From positions 372,001 to 436,000 of the forward strand of contig CBFDEM010000063.1 in NCBI GenBank assembly GCA_965603825.1: a stretch of DNA of 64,000 bases, in the 5' to 3' direction. Positions 35,821 to 47,098 of this stretch are shown one piece after another (positions within the stretch are counted from its first letter, which is position 1; each line of letters starts with the position of its first letter). The translations under genes were made by a program, and so were the position numbers. This stretch comes from Blepharisma stoltei ATCC 30299. Taxonomy: Eukaryota; Protista; Ciliophora. The notes below the pieces were generated by a model, which saw only the letters and a program-made list of their open reading frames with translations, was not told the DNA's origin and ran no database searches.

Positions 35821-36537
35821 ATGGCTAATATGAGACCAGCATCCGGCTCTGACACTGAATTAAAAATTAGACTTTCAGTCGATCTTCTTAGTAATGTGGA
35901 CACAACAAAACTCAAAGCAATGATCCACAATGTAAAGCTTTACTCGCAGAAGTTCCAACCTGTGTTTGTAATGCTTGAGAAAACTCCAGAAGGCGTCGTC
36001 ATAACTGAAGAGCCATTAAAGCCTCCAAAACCAAAAAATGAACCAAGACCCAAAAAACCACCTTCTGAGTACATTGACAGTCCAATCAGAAAACAACATC
36101 GTGGTGACAGTGATAAGCAATATGTATGCCCAGTAGAGACATGCGGCAGACGATTTATGGATAATTCCAAGCTAACTCGGCATATGCTAGTTCATACAGG
36201 AGAAAAGAAGCATAAATGCGAATTTTGCGGGAAAAGATTTTCATTGGATTTCAACCTAAAAACACATTTAAGAATTCACACAGGGGAGAAGCCATACCAG
36301 TGCACATTTCCAGGGTGCACAAAGCGATTTAACCAGTCTAGTAACTTAGCAGCGCATGAGAAAAATCATTACATTGATGGAAAAGAAGAAAAACAGAGAA
36401 AACCTAGGACTTATCAGCCAGAAGTAGTAACTTTACCTCCAGTACCTCAGACCTCTTCATTTATGTTAGAATCTCAACTTCCTTTGATGTTTGACGTAGC
36501 TTGTCTAAGCGCTGCCCCAGCTTTGCCTAATAATTAA
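35821..36537 (+). CDS. C2H2 zinc-finger transcription factor with three YY1-like fingers
   Basis: [38 protein letters not shown] and FNQSSNL closely match YY1 fingers 2-4. Confidence 0.88.
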   Translation: MANMRPASGSDTELKIRLSVDLLSNVDTTKLKAMIHNVKLYSQKFQPVFVMLEKTPEGVVITEEPLKPPKPKNEPRPKKPPSEYIDSPIRKQHRGDSDKQYVCPVETCGRRFMDNSKLTRHMLVHTGEKKHKCEFCGKRFSLDFNLKTHLRIHTGEKPYQCTFPGCTKRFNQSSNLAAHEKNHYIDGKEEKQRKPRTYQPEVVTLPPVPQTSSFMLESQLPLMFDVACLSAAPALPNN

Positions 36538-36639
36538 CATTGACTGTATTTTTGAATAAAAATAATAAATACCCTTTTATTAAAACAGAAATTTATAATA
36601 GATCTATATATCTTTTAAAATGGTTAAAATTTGTTATAA

Positions 36640-37404
36640 ATGGGGCCAGTAACATCTAGATCTGAGAGTAACCAAACAAATTCCTTTATCCACTTCTGCA
36701 GCCATATAGACAGTTTAAATTTGGATGATTCCCGCAGCAGTTCTCTTGCGTCTTCACTTGTAGAAGAAGTTTTTGTTCAAAATCCAAACCAAGTTACAAT
36801 CACTTTTAAATGAAGTGAAGGGGGAACTGACGTTTATTTATCAGGCTCTTTCAATAATTGATCTGAAAAACTTGAAATGGAGCAGCTCGGGAACGATTTT
36901 GTGATATATAAGCAGCTTGATCGGGGAGTTGTATATGAGTATAAGTTTATTGTAGACGGGACTTGAAAATGCGCTCATGACCAGCCTATCAAAAAAGACC
37001 AAAACGGAAATTTTAACAATTGGATTGATACAGGAACTCTACAGGAAATTAATTTAGAAGAAAATACCAAAAATTCTAATGAGTACACCCAAGAGTATTG
37101 TTCTGATTTCACAACTATGGACCCTGATATATTGCCTGAGCATCTCCACTATGTCCTTGCTAATCATTCTAACTCATTTGATTATAAACAAAAAGAGACC
37201 ATTCCTCACAACTCCTCAATCCGCCAAACAAATAATGAACTCGGAGGGGAAAACAGTCTAAATAAAAATGAGCTACCAATCCCAGCTCATGTAATTTTAA
37301 ACCACGCAGGAGTAAGGGCTAACGAAAGAGTAATCGGGCTTACTACAACTCAAAGGTACCGACAGAAATTTATAACAACTATGTATTACAAGCCAATTAA
37401 ATAA
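36640..37404 (+). CDS. PRKAB: AMPK/SNF1 beta subunit
   Basis: MG start; carbohydrate-binding module TFKW(TGA)SEGG...SGSFNNW(TGA)...YKFIVDGTW(TGA); ASC domain PAHVILNH...RYRQKFITTMYYKP. Confidence 0.93.
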
Positions 37405-37405
37405 T

Positions 37406-37993
37406 CTATTTAATTAAAGCGTTGTGTTGCCAGAATTCAACTGATTCCATATATGCTTCAGTGTCTAGTTTTACCCCGGAGCCTCCAAATTCTAATGGGA
37501 GGGAATTTCTCATCATAGTAATGGGGGTCATTGGCAGCTCATGGTCAATGTCTTGAGGTTTAATTGAAACCACGCCCCATTCGTAATTGGAATTTAGGTC
37601 AGTTTTTTCCATGGCAGAGTTTTCTTTTTGGATTTGCTCGTAGGAGTATAATATGATGTCGAGGTATTTGGCGATTGGGAGAATTCCAATACTGGATAGA
37701 GGCATTCATCTGGTGAGAATAGGGAGTTCTTCAGGACGTCGGGCTTCGTAGCCAGATCTTAATAAATGCTCGTTTTCTTCAGTTATGCGAATTGTGGAGA
37801 TTTTGGCTTCGGTGAAATTCCTGATGAAGAGATGCTTACAGAATGGAGCGTAGCCTGGCTTTAAATTTGAAGGATCGTAAAGCTTATTTAGTTCTTCTTC
37901 AAAAAGAGATTTTTCGTATGGGATGTAACTTGAGGTTGAGCCTTGCTCGAATTGTCTAAAAGCAAATTGGTCTATGGCAATTGCTCGAGCCAT
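37406..37993 (-). CDS. DUF3228-family protein
   Basis: GYAPFCKHLF, SGYEARRPEELPILTRW(TGA), LDIILYS and PMTPITMMRN...GGSGV motifs. Confidence 0.82.
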
Positions 37994-38234
37994 TTATAGA
38001 GACTTAGATATGCAGATTATATTTTTGAAACTAATTATAAAAATAGAATAAATTGGCTTTTTTAGGCAAAATCATAATAATAAAAATGTATTTTATAAAT
38101 TCTGTAAATTTCTGTAAAATTCACATAAAGCAAAATTTGATCTTATATGCCAGCTAAGATATTAAATTTTCTAATATTCTAATTAGCTTAACAACCCTTA
38201 CAAACTCATATCCGCTTAATCTTCTATATTCATT

Positions 38235-38735
38235 CTACTCCGGCTTGATATTTTTGCTTGTGTCTTCTTCAATATCCATTTCAGCTTCATCTAGCTTCAT
38301 CTCTGGCCTTCTAATTATTTGTCAAACACAATTTTTTGAGTCTTTAAATAGCAGCAGCTCTTCATTCTTCTCGACCGAATTTAGTATATCTTGCATATTA
38401 TTCATCCCAGAAGGCTGTGTATCTCTAAAACTTTCCTTTTCAGTAGTCAACTGGAACTTTTCTGTCCTCATGTCTTTAATTCTCAGCTCATTTTCATTTG
38501 CTTTTCTATTTAATTCTTCTAGTTTCGTCCTGAGATCTTGAATTATTTGGTCAGATTGAGAAGTTTGCTTTATAAAGTCCTCTAATAACGCTTTGTTTCT
38601 TTGAGCTGATTCTTTGTTATCTTCCAGCTGCAGCTTTAAATCAGAGTTTTCTACTTTAAGCTGCTCCAGCTGCTGATTTAGAGCTTCAAAAATTTGCTGA
38701 CCACCTGAGCTGCTTTTTCTTCTGCTGAAAACCAT
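38235..38735 (-). CDS. Coiled-coil protein, 166 aa
   Basis: ORF reads through TGA at 38322 to TAG at 38235. Confidence 0.75.
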
Positions 38736-38851
38736 TTTTGTGTATTTTTTATAAGGAAAGCAGACTTAAATGACGGTAATTGTCATAAAAGCCAAACCAT
38801 TTAGAAAATTAAACAAAGACCGGGTTGCTTAACACCAATTAAGCAAAATTA

Positions 38852-39106
38852 TTAAGCTGCAGCTGATAAGAGCTTAGCAACAAATGCTTGAAGCTCGTCT
38901 TCATCCACAGTTCCACTGCCGTCAACGTCGAGGCCTGAAAACTCTTGGTCCATTTGGTCTTCGGTGAGGGCTCCCATTCCATGATCTGCAATCATTTTTG
39001 CAATTGCAGCCTTGAATTCTTCTTTATCGAGAGCACCTGAGCCGTCAGTGTCTGCGAAGGAAAAAATATCCTTGGTTATTTGGAGTACACGAGCTTGATC
39101 TGCCAT
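38852..39106 (-). CDS. Small two-EF-hand calcium-binding protein
   Basis: Canonical loops DTDGSGALDKEE and DVDGSGTVDEDE. Confidence 0.93.
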   Translation of the reverse strand: MADQARVLQITKDIFSFADTDGSGALDKEEFKAAIAKMIADHGMGALTEDQMDQEFSGLDVDGSGTVDEDELQAFVAKLLSAAA

Positions 39107-40423
39107 TTATTAATTATAAAGAATAGTCATCGATAGAGCTAAAATGGACAGGTAATAACTTCAACAAAATGGGCTTTCTAGATTTTTCGAATTTTATGGA
39201 TATTTTACTCAAAATATTGAAAAATTTAAGGATTAGCTTGTAATTTGCTGCTTGTGTCTAATAAAATTATAAACTAAATAAAATTGTTTTAGAGGGTAGG
39301 GTCTTTGCAGATTTTTTCATAGCTTAAGATTTCCGAAACCCTTTCTGAACAAAATGCATCTTAAAAATTAGAAGATTTATAGTAACTTTAAGGATTATTA
39401 GGCTATGATTCATAGAACGAGAAGGATGCATCCTTAAGTTTTAATGTAAGATGGTTTGGTAAGCTAGATAAATGAAACTCATAAAGAAAGAGATTCCAAA
39501 CAATGCAGATAAGCAAACTTCTTTTCGTTTTGCCAATGCTGTTTCATTTTTAATGGCCACAGCGTCATCAGCTTTAACTAAGTTAAGCTTAGAAAAAGGT
39601 AATTTAAAGAAGTAATAAGTTATTGAATTGATTCTAGCTTATAATTTATTTAAATAAATAATTAAAGGCTGCTTTAAAACTTGTGTTTAAGCTATAATTT
39701 TTTAATTTTAAATTATTTATTGCAATAATTTGATATTATTTATAAATCCCCAAATAGCTGATTTATTTGAAAAATATAATTATTGGTGTAATCACTTAAA
39801 TTTTTTACTTCTAATCTATATATATGCGAAGTCGCTTTATATGCAATAGAAGATTCTAATAAAGCATTCAAAACAGACTTTTCACATACTAATCCTATAA
39901 TAAAAAGCTCATTTAGATTAAAATTTATCCAAAATTATATCATATAAATTAATATAGATAATTAATTTTATGCAGCATGCTGAAAAAACTTTTAAATTAA
40001 TCTTAAATAATTCCGCAAAATAAATGAATTTAGTAACCCTTTATTAAATTACAAAAAAATATTTTCCAAATTAGTGAAAGAAATTAACAGTATATATTAC
40101 TTTTGCATAGAAAGATCTAGATCAATTTGTATGGTAATTAAAGAGTTTATCTATTTATTTATCATATTTAAAATAGATAGATCATTGTCCTCTGCCACCC
40201 ACAAGGTAAAAATCCACGATAAATTGAATTATAGTTGCCTTAATTTCCATTTTATTTACACGTGTAGAGCATTTTAAATATTTTTATCCCTAAATGTATT
40301 TCCAATAGAAACTAAAGCCTTCAGTCCTAATTAAAACATATCCTTTTCTTTTTAAAATTTAATTCCCAGCTTTTTTTCAGCTTACCCATTAAGTTTTTGC
40401 TTTGCCCTAATAATTAAAAAATT

Positions 40424-41233
40424 ATGCGCACCAAGGCAAACTCCTCTGAAGCCCCTTCTTTCCTACAAAAAACCTACGACATGCTTAGCAATGAGGAAAA
40501 TTTTGATATTGTTTCCTGGACACAAGATGGAACAGCATTTGTTATTAAAGACAAAAAAGAGTTTTGCTTGTCAATTCTCCCCAAATACTTTAAACATAGC
40601 AATTTAGCGAGCTTTGTCCGCCAACTTAACATGTATGATTTCCATAAGGTTCGCCGCTCTGGTTCTGAAGATATTTTTAAGCACCCTTTATTCGTCAGGC
40701 ACAATCCAGAATTTTTAAAAGAAATCAAAAGAAAGACCTCACCTGTAAATTGGCCTGTAGTACCCTCAAATACGTTAAGCAAGCCTGAGCTAGCACCGAT
40801 TTTGAAGAGAATGATGGATTTGCATATATCAAACCAAGAGTCGGAACATATGATAAAGAAATTAGAAGAAAAAGTTGAGGAGCTTACAAGCCAAAAGCAA
40901 GCTCTGACCATGCAGTTTTGGGAAACCCAAGAAAGGATGAAACAGATTGAGCAGGCAATTGTAATTTTAGCTGGATTTATAAGGTCTGATGGAGGTGAAA
41001 TAGCAAGGTATATTAAAAATGAGATGCCAGGTAGGCTAAAGAGCATTGAGAATGATATCCCGGCACCTGTAAAAAAGAGAAAACTAGAGCAGCTGAGCGT
41101 TGAAGAATTGCTGGAAATACCGAAAGACCAAGTGAAGAATACAGAGACTCCAAAAAATATGATGGAAAATCATGTGCCTGACATATTTGAAGTAAATTCA
41201 GATGAAAGCTTGGAGTTTTTGTTGGAATCTTAA
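40424..41233 (+). CDS. Heat shock factor (HSF) family transcription factor, 269 aa
   Basis: FLQKTYDML, IVSWTQDG and YFKHSNLASFVRQLNMYDFHK; coiled coil; KKRK NLS-like motif. Confidence 0.95.
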   Translation: MRTKANSSEAPSFLQKTYDMLSNEENFDIVSWTQDGTAFVIKDKKEFCLSILPKYFKHSNLASFVRQLNMYDFHKVRRSGSEDIFKHPLFVRHNPEFLKEIKRKTSPVNWPVVPSNTLSKPELAPILKRMMDLHISNQESEHMIKKLEEKVEELTSQKQALTMQFWETQERMKQIEQAIVILAGFIRSDGGEIARYIKNEMPGRLKSIENDIPAPVKKRKLEQLSVEELLEIPKDQVKNTETPKNMMENHVPDIFEVNSDESLEFLLES

Positions 41234-41501
41234 GTATTTATAATTATATCAATATTTAATAAAATTTTAGTGTTATCTTCTTTTATTATTTTGCAAACAT
41301 TATTTAAAAACCTGAATAGAATATTATGAACTGTCTTAAATTTTTTACATTCAAAACTTTAATTCATTGCGTATTTTTAGTCTTCTTACCCATGATAACT
41401 TTCGACTCCATTTTATAATTATAAACTGCTAATGATTCACAATGTTTTCTTATTCATCATATTACACTATCTCTAAGTGCTTGCCAATAAAATAATTAAA
41501 A

Positions 41502-41954
41502 ATGAACAATGAAGGGTTCAAGGACAGAAGGAGGCGACTAAGCTCAAGCAGTGACGAAGACTTCATGAGGCTCTCTGATGGTATTTCGTATTAAGACCAA
41601 GAAACCTATAAAAGTGACGAAGAAAAAAAGCCTGAAAAATTAGACGCAAAGAAAAAGCCATCAAATTTCCAGTATCAAAAACCAAGAAGAGGCAAAGGTC
41701 GTGGCAATAACAATTGGAGAAGAGAAGATAAGCCTAAGCCAAAGCAAAATGATAAACCTCACCCTCACTATCGGAAAAAGGCTGCACCAAAATATGATAT
41801 CGGCGCTCAAGAATTTCATCCGGCTGGATTCAATGCAAATGCAAGCGACTTTGTAAGTTTTAGCCAGGTCCCAACTCTATTTAATCCATCTGCCCAAGAG
41901 TTCAATCCTCACTTCGGTGTTGACGCTCCAGAATTCAAGCCAAGCTGGGCCTAA
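41502..41954 (+). CDS. Small disordered protein (140 aa) with four tandem PAM2-like motifs (introns 41581-41595 and 41853-41867)
   Basis: Exons of 79+257+87 nt give 141 codons. C-terminus reads YDIGAQEFHP, FNANASDFVP, FNPSAQEFNP, FGVDAPEFKP. Absent from the ORF track. Confidence 0.85.
41581..41595 (+). other. 15-nt spliceosomal intron
   Basis: GTATTTCGTATTAAG; contains in-frame TAA. Confidence 0.85.
41853..41867 (+). other. Probable stop-less 15-nt intron
   Basis: GTAAGTTTTAGCCAG; removal completes the PAM2-like ASDFVP. Confidence 0.8.
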
Positions 41955-42041
41955 TCTTTTTCAGTTGACGCTTTTGATGAATGCCATTCAGAGTTAATTC
42001 TTAGATGAATATCTATTAAAATAAAAATTAATAGTAAATTA

Positions 42042-43715
42042 ATGTCTCAAATAATTAGAGGAAACACGTTAATTCTCAGTGAATCAGACCAAGAATCACA
42101 CATGAATTTATCGATTAACTATGAAGCTTTTGATACTTTTATGGAGCCAAACTCAGCTGATGTAAAAGATACGAGAAGATTTACCCCGAATCAGTCGAAG
42201 GTTTTTAGTAGAGTTACCCCGAAATCCACAAGGAGCTTTTCACCGAGCTTTATAGTTAAACATTCATCAGAAAAAACTTCTCCTGCTGTAAGGTCGAGGT
42301 CTCGATGTCACAGGAAGCCAAGTCCTCCTCAGATGTCAGAGCAAGATCTCAATAAGAAAATTGAACATTTAGAAAAACAACAGAAAATGTGGAAAGAAAG
42401 GGCTTTGGTATGAGATAAAGAAAAGAGGTTTTTGCTGAAACAATTAGAAAATGTAAGAAATATATAGTCTTTTCCTCAAGATCCATCTGGGTATTATAGA
42501 CATCATTTAAAGCAATGGCAAGTTAGCCAGGATAGTTATTTAAAAAGAGTTTCTGAATACTCAGGGAAATCGGAGGATTATAATAATGAGAGCTCTGTTA
42601 AAATAAAACTAGAAGAAATAAAAAAACTACTCCTATGAATATCAATCCAAAAAGATGAAAATTCTTTAAAATACATCAAAATTGCTGTTAACGAAGAGCT
42701 AGAAAAACTGAAGACTTTTACAGTCGACGAGTCCTTAACAAAGGACCCAAATTTACCTACTTTTGAATTTGAAAAAAGCATAGAAGATTTCTCAACAAGT
42801 AAAATCGAAGCAAACACAAAAACAGCGTGAAATGATTTTAATCGTAAAAATGCTGAATTAAATGAATATATAGGCGAACTTGAAAGCGAAAATAAAAAAA
42901 TAAAAGTATCATTTATCCAGGAATTTCTAAAAGATCTCCAGTATAAAAACGAAAATTTAAGCCAAGACTGCAATACAAAAAAAAAGAAAATTGAAGAATT
43001 ATTAAATATTTCTAGCGCCATGCAAAAAGAACTGAAAACTAATAAAAAAGAAAACCAGGACTTAAAAAACGCTTTAATTTCTCTGGAAACTGAAATAGAA
43101 GCTGTTAGTAGAGATTTAAGGTAATTTTTAGGTAGAGAAAAAGAATCAGAAAATTTGATGCTAAAATCTGTGAAAAATGACAAACATAAAGTAGAAAAAC
43201 TAAGCCAAGGGTATAATATAAAAGTAAAACAAATTGAAGCAGAGCTTGAAAGCAAAAGCTATGAGATCCGCATTTTGGCCACAGAAAAGCAGAGGCTACA
43301 AGAAAACTTGTTACAATTCCAAAAGATTAACGAAGATTATGTGTTGTGTATTCAAGAACTGAAAGATAAACTTAAAGAGCTGAGGCTAAAAAATATTGAT
43401 TCAAGCTTAAATAAAGGAAAATTCGAAAAAGAAAGTTCCATTTCTCATATATCAGAAGAAGAAATTGATGATATTAACGTTCTTGACATTCTGCCTGACG
43501 AAAGCCCTGAAGAATCAAGAAATGAACCACAAAAAAACAACTACGAAATCATCATAAAAGACTTAGAAGACCAAATAGTAACCCAAAAATTGGAATATGA
43601 AAAAGAGCTTCAATCCTTAAGCGGAATCTCCACTTTTGAAGATTTCAGCGCATTTACCTCCTGCATGTGTTCAGCTCTAGAAGAAATTTTCAATTCGCAA
43701 ATATATCAATCTTAG
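42042..43715 (+). CDS. Coiled-coil protein, about 547 aa (introns 42453-42467 and 43121-43135)
   Basis: Frame is continuous after TGA=Trp and removal of two stop-containing 15-nt introns. Confidence 0.8.
42453..42467 (+). other. 15-nt spliceosomal intron
   Basis: GTAAGAAATATATAG; contains in-frame TAG. Confidence 0.88.
43121..43135 (+). other. 15-nt spliceosomal intron
   Basis: GTAATTTTTAGGTAG; contains in-frame TAA. Confidence 0.88.
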
Positions 43716-43829
43716 GGATTTTACATTATTTTTTGGTTATGTATACTTAAATTTCTTACATGTTCTCTAGATTTAGCAGCCATTATTTTTAAGAAAATTC
43801 GTATGCCAATTATAAGCGTTCTTAGTTAT

Positions 43830-44216
43830 TTAGAATTGGCCTTTGCACTGCTTATAGAGATCGAGATAGCTTTGGCAAGCCCCAATGTTGTTATTGTTGA
43901 ACTGCAGACAATTTAAAAAGTCTTGGTTCTGTTGACTGCAGACGTCTTGGACTTGCTGGGCTGGTGCTTGCTGTTCGTGAGCTTCGTGGCTGTTGCCTCC
44001 CATTAGCCCTCTAACTGCAGTATGGGCAATTTCGCTCCCAGCTCCGAATGCCATCCCTTGCATGACTGTTCCAGCTAGGCCTGACATGATTCCTGGCCTT
44101 TGTTGAGCTTGTGGGGCGCTCTGCTGAGGTGATGGTGCAGGTCTGGCTGTTCTGGAAGGTCCAGATGATCTGCTGAAGCCTGATGATTTCATTCCTCCTC
44201 CACTCCTTCTTGGCAT
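43830..44216 (-). CDS. CHCHD2: CHCHD2/CHCHD10 (Mix17)-like mitochondrial protein
   Basis: MPRR presequence, GMAFGAGSEIAH and twin CX9C motif. Confidence 0.92.
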   Translation of the reverse strand: MPRRSGGGMKSSGFSRSSGPSRTARPAPSPQQSAPQAQQRPGIMSGLAGTVMQGMAFGAGSEIAHTAVRGLMGGNSHEAHEQQAPAQQVQDVCSQQNQDFLNCLQFNNNNIGACQSYLDLYKQCKGQF

Positions 44217-44246
44217 TTTATTATTATAACTTATTTATTAAATTTC

Positions 44247-44930
44247 TTAACTTGTGCACCAAATTTGATAGATTGAAATCATAGAGGCCACAATTCCCCC
44301 TATTCCGACCCATTTTTCGGAAAACTGTTTTCCCAGGACTTTGTAAGGGATTTGAGCGCCGTTTGAGGCGACAATCATGTCCCCAATGATTTTTGTGATT
44401 TCTAATATCATTTTCTTCCTAGTTAAAGAAAGCTCGTCAAGATTTTCTACGACCCAACGGGTCGTTTTGCCAATTGAGGCTTCTTTGAGAGTTGCTTCAC
44501 GAGCGTAGCTTTTCATCATTTCCCGAAGTGAGTTTGCTAAGTTAAAGCAAAGTCCAAGAAGCCAAAATGTTGTTGCGAGCCTGTTAACTTCTTTGTGATC
44601 ATAAAGCATAACTTTTGCAGCACTTAAGAAACTTAGATTATCAAAAATCCACCTTATAGCCATAGATGCATTCCCAAGTATAGCTAAAGCACGCTGAATA
44701 GAGTCTAGTCTTGCATCTTGAAGTATTTGGGTTATATAATGGATTTCTAGAAGAGATTTTCCTAGTCGAAAGAATTTTCGACAATCTCGAACAGCTGAAA
44801 AAAGATTCCCAAACTGAGTAGAGTATCGACTGATTATGACTGCTTGCATTAGCTTGCTGAAATATTGCCAGAACTTTAAAAATTTATCTCTTCCTTCAGT
44901 CCTGTTGCTGAAAGCTATTACTTTTTCCAT
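44247..44930 (-). CDS. PEX11: Peroxisomal biogenesis factor 11
   Basis: EGRDKFLKFWQY, RKFFRLGK, FDNL and a C-terminal TM segment. Confidence 0.92.
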   Translation of the reverse strand: MEKVIAFSNRTEGRDKFLKFWQYFSKLMQAVIISRYSTQFGNLFSAVRDCRKFFRLGKSLLEIHYITQILQDARLDSIQRALAILGNASMAIRWIFDNLSFLSAAKVMLYDHKEVNRLATTFWLLGLCFNLANSLREMMKSYAREATLKEASIGKTTRWVVENLDELSLTRKKMILEITKIIGDMIVASNGAQIPYKVLGKQFSEKWVGIGGIVASMISIYQIWCTS

Positions 44931-45169
44931 ATATATCTAAGTGCTTAGCTAAAATTATTATTTGAATTTATGCAATGATTTGGGAATTGTAAACTGTACT
45001 TGTATCTTAAAAGGATTCAAATGTTTATTATTTTTATTTTTAAACAAGATAGCATAAAGCAAATAAAATTAATTTAAAGTGTGCTAATATTTGTTAAAGT
45101 CTTTTATTAATAAAAAATTGTATATTAAATAAATTTGTGGTATCTTCCAAAAATGCTTGAAAATTTATT

Positions 45170-47098
45170 TTAAGAAGATGTTGGGCTTATTGGCATTTCG
45201 GGAACAGTTGAATGCCTTCTAATTTTTGCAGCATCTTGAATTAGGCTAGTAAAACTTTTCTTTTCTGTTTTCACTCTCATCGGCACAATTAAAACTGAAC
45301 TTTGTTTTGACTTTGCAATAGCCGACGCAAGTATAGAAAGCCTTGTAGGCGATTTTTCTTTAAGTTCTACTTCCTCAAACTGCACCCTATTAGTCTCAGA
45401 CGTAAACGACACTTGCTCCCTCACTTCTTGTACATCATGAAATGCTATCTCTTTTTTATTATCATCACCAACTGACCAAGCCGGACTTTCCTCAAACTGT
45501 TTATCTTTTAGCAGTTTTTTTGTTTTACAATCAATCATCAGCCCAGGGTTCATTTTTCTTTTATTTTGAGAAATTTCTATAATTCTTGTAAGCTCTTCTT
45601 CAGGCACTTCAACAGTCCTCGCATTTGGGTCTCTCGGACATTCATGCACAGAATGTCCATAGTCTTTACAACTCTATATAAAAATTACAGAGCATCTAAT
45701 AAAATTTAGCTTATGTTCTTCTTCATTTACATCATCTTTAGATACATGTTTTGTTGAGATACAGCCTAAAGAGTCTTTATTTGTATTCCCACAGCATCAA
45801 TATACTTCTCCACTATATATACTGGAATGCATGCGGCATGACCAATTAAAATTTTTGCTTTCTAGGTATAGTTTTTGACAATTTTTGCAGAACCGCTCAT
45901 CGGAGATGTTAGATCTGGAGCTTCTGTATTGTTTAAGCCTCTGTTTAAGGTTGTTGTATTCTTCTGTGAGTGCGCTTAATTTCTTTTTGAGTTCTTCCAC
46001 TTCTTGTTTTAGTTCTTCTCTGAGTTTTACATTAGAATTTAGATCATTTTCAAGTGTGATGACTTTTTCTTTAAAGGCTTTATAAATTTTATCCCTATTG
46101 GTGACTAGAGATTCTTTTGCTTCTTTAATTTCAATTAAATCTTTTATTAACTGATCTTTATCTTTTAGCTCTCATTGAATGTCCCTTTCTATTTGTAGTA
46201 TAAAATCAGCAAGTTTTCTGCTGTTTCTTGTAAATAATTCAAATTCTGCAAACAAGCCGAACTCATTAGATTTCATATTTCCAAGACTATTGATAGCAAA
46301 ATATAGACCTTTAAGCTGCTCTCCTATAATTGCACATTCCATTTCTGCTACAAGTCCATTATTTTCAAGCTGTATGGCAAGATTTTTATATTTGTCATTA
46401 TTTGCTTTTTCATCATGCAGCTCTTTTGTTAACTTGTAAACTTGTGATTCCAAGCTGTCTACAAGGTCTTTATATTTTTCAATCTGAATAATAGAAAGGC
46501 CAAACTCAGCTTGATGTGCTTGAATTTGCTTTGTCAGGACTTCTACCTCAAAATTTAGCGATTTTATAATAACTTGATTGTCTAAATTGAGACTTTTCAA
46601 TCTTTCATATTCTCTCTCATATTTAATTTTCTCCTGCAGAGCATCTGATTCATTTTTTTTTGCAGTTTTAAGCTGAGACTTAAGGCTTTTAATTTCATTT
46701 AAAAGTTCTTCACTTAATTTTAGTTCTCCATATGTGGTGTTTTTATCAGCTTTAAATTTGCTTTGGGTCGTGTTAAAACTCTTATCAATTCCAAAGGTTT
46801 TATTAATTAAAAGTCTATTTTGTTTGCGATTTTCATACTCAAACATAGGAAGCAAATAATTTTTTACCACTTTTGCAGCAATTTCTGGAGGCACTTCATC
46901 ACCTGAATTTTGCTCAATTTTGATATGCTTGCTGGTTTTAACCGATATATCGTAATTAGTGCAGTCTAATGTAGATCGAGCTGTATTTATGTTTGTAATC
47001 GGCCTTGAGATTTTTGGGGTTTTTAATGTTTCGTTTAGACCTGAGATAAAGTTTTGGTTAAGACACTCAGATTTATATCTTCTATGTCCTTTTTTCAT
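45170..47098 (-). CDS. Coiled-coil protein with Cys/His zinc-finger and CCHC zinc knuckle (intron 45674-45688)
   Basis: FCKNC...NWSCRMH...YW(TGA)CCG...GC...H; splicing creates C-SS-C-KDYG-H-SVHE-C. Confidence 0.82.
45674..45688 (-). other. 15-nt spliceosomal intron
   Basis: GTAATTTTTATATAG; contains in-frame TAG; splits a CCHC knuckle. Confidence 0.9.
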
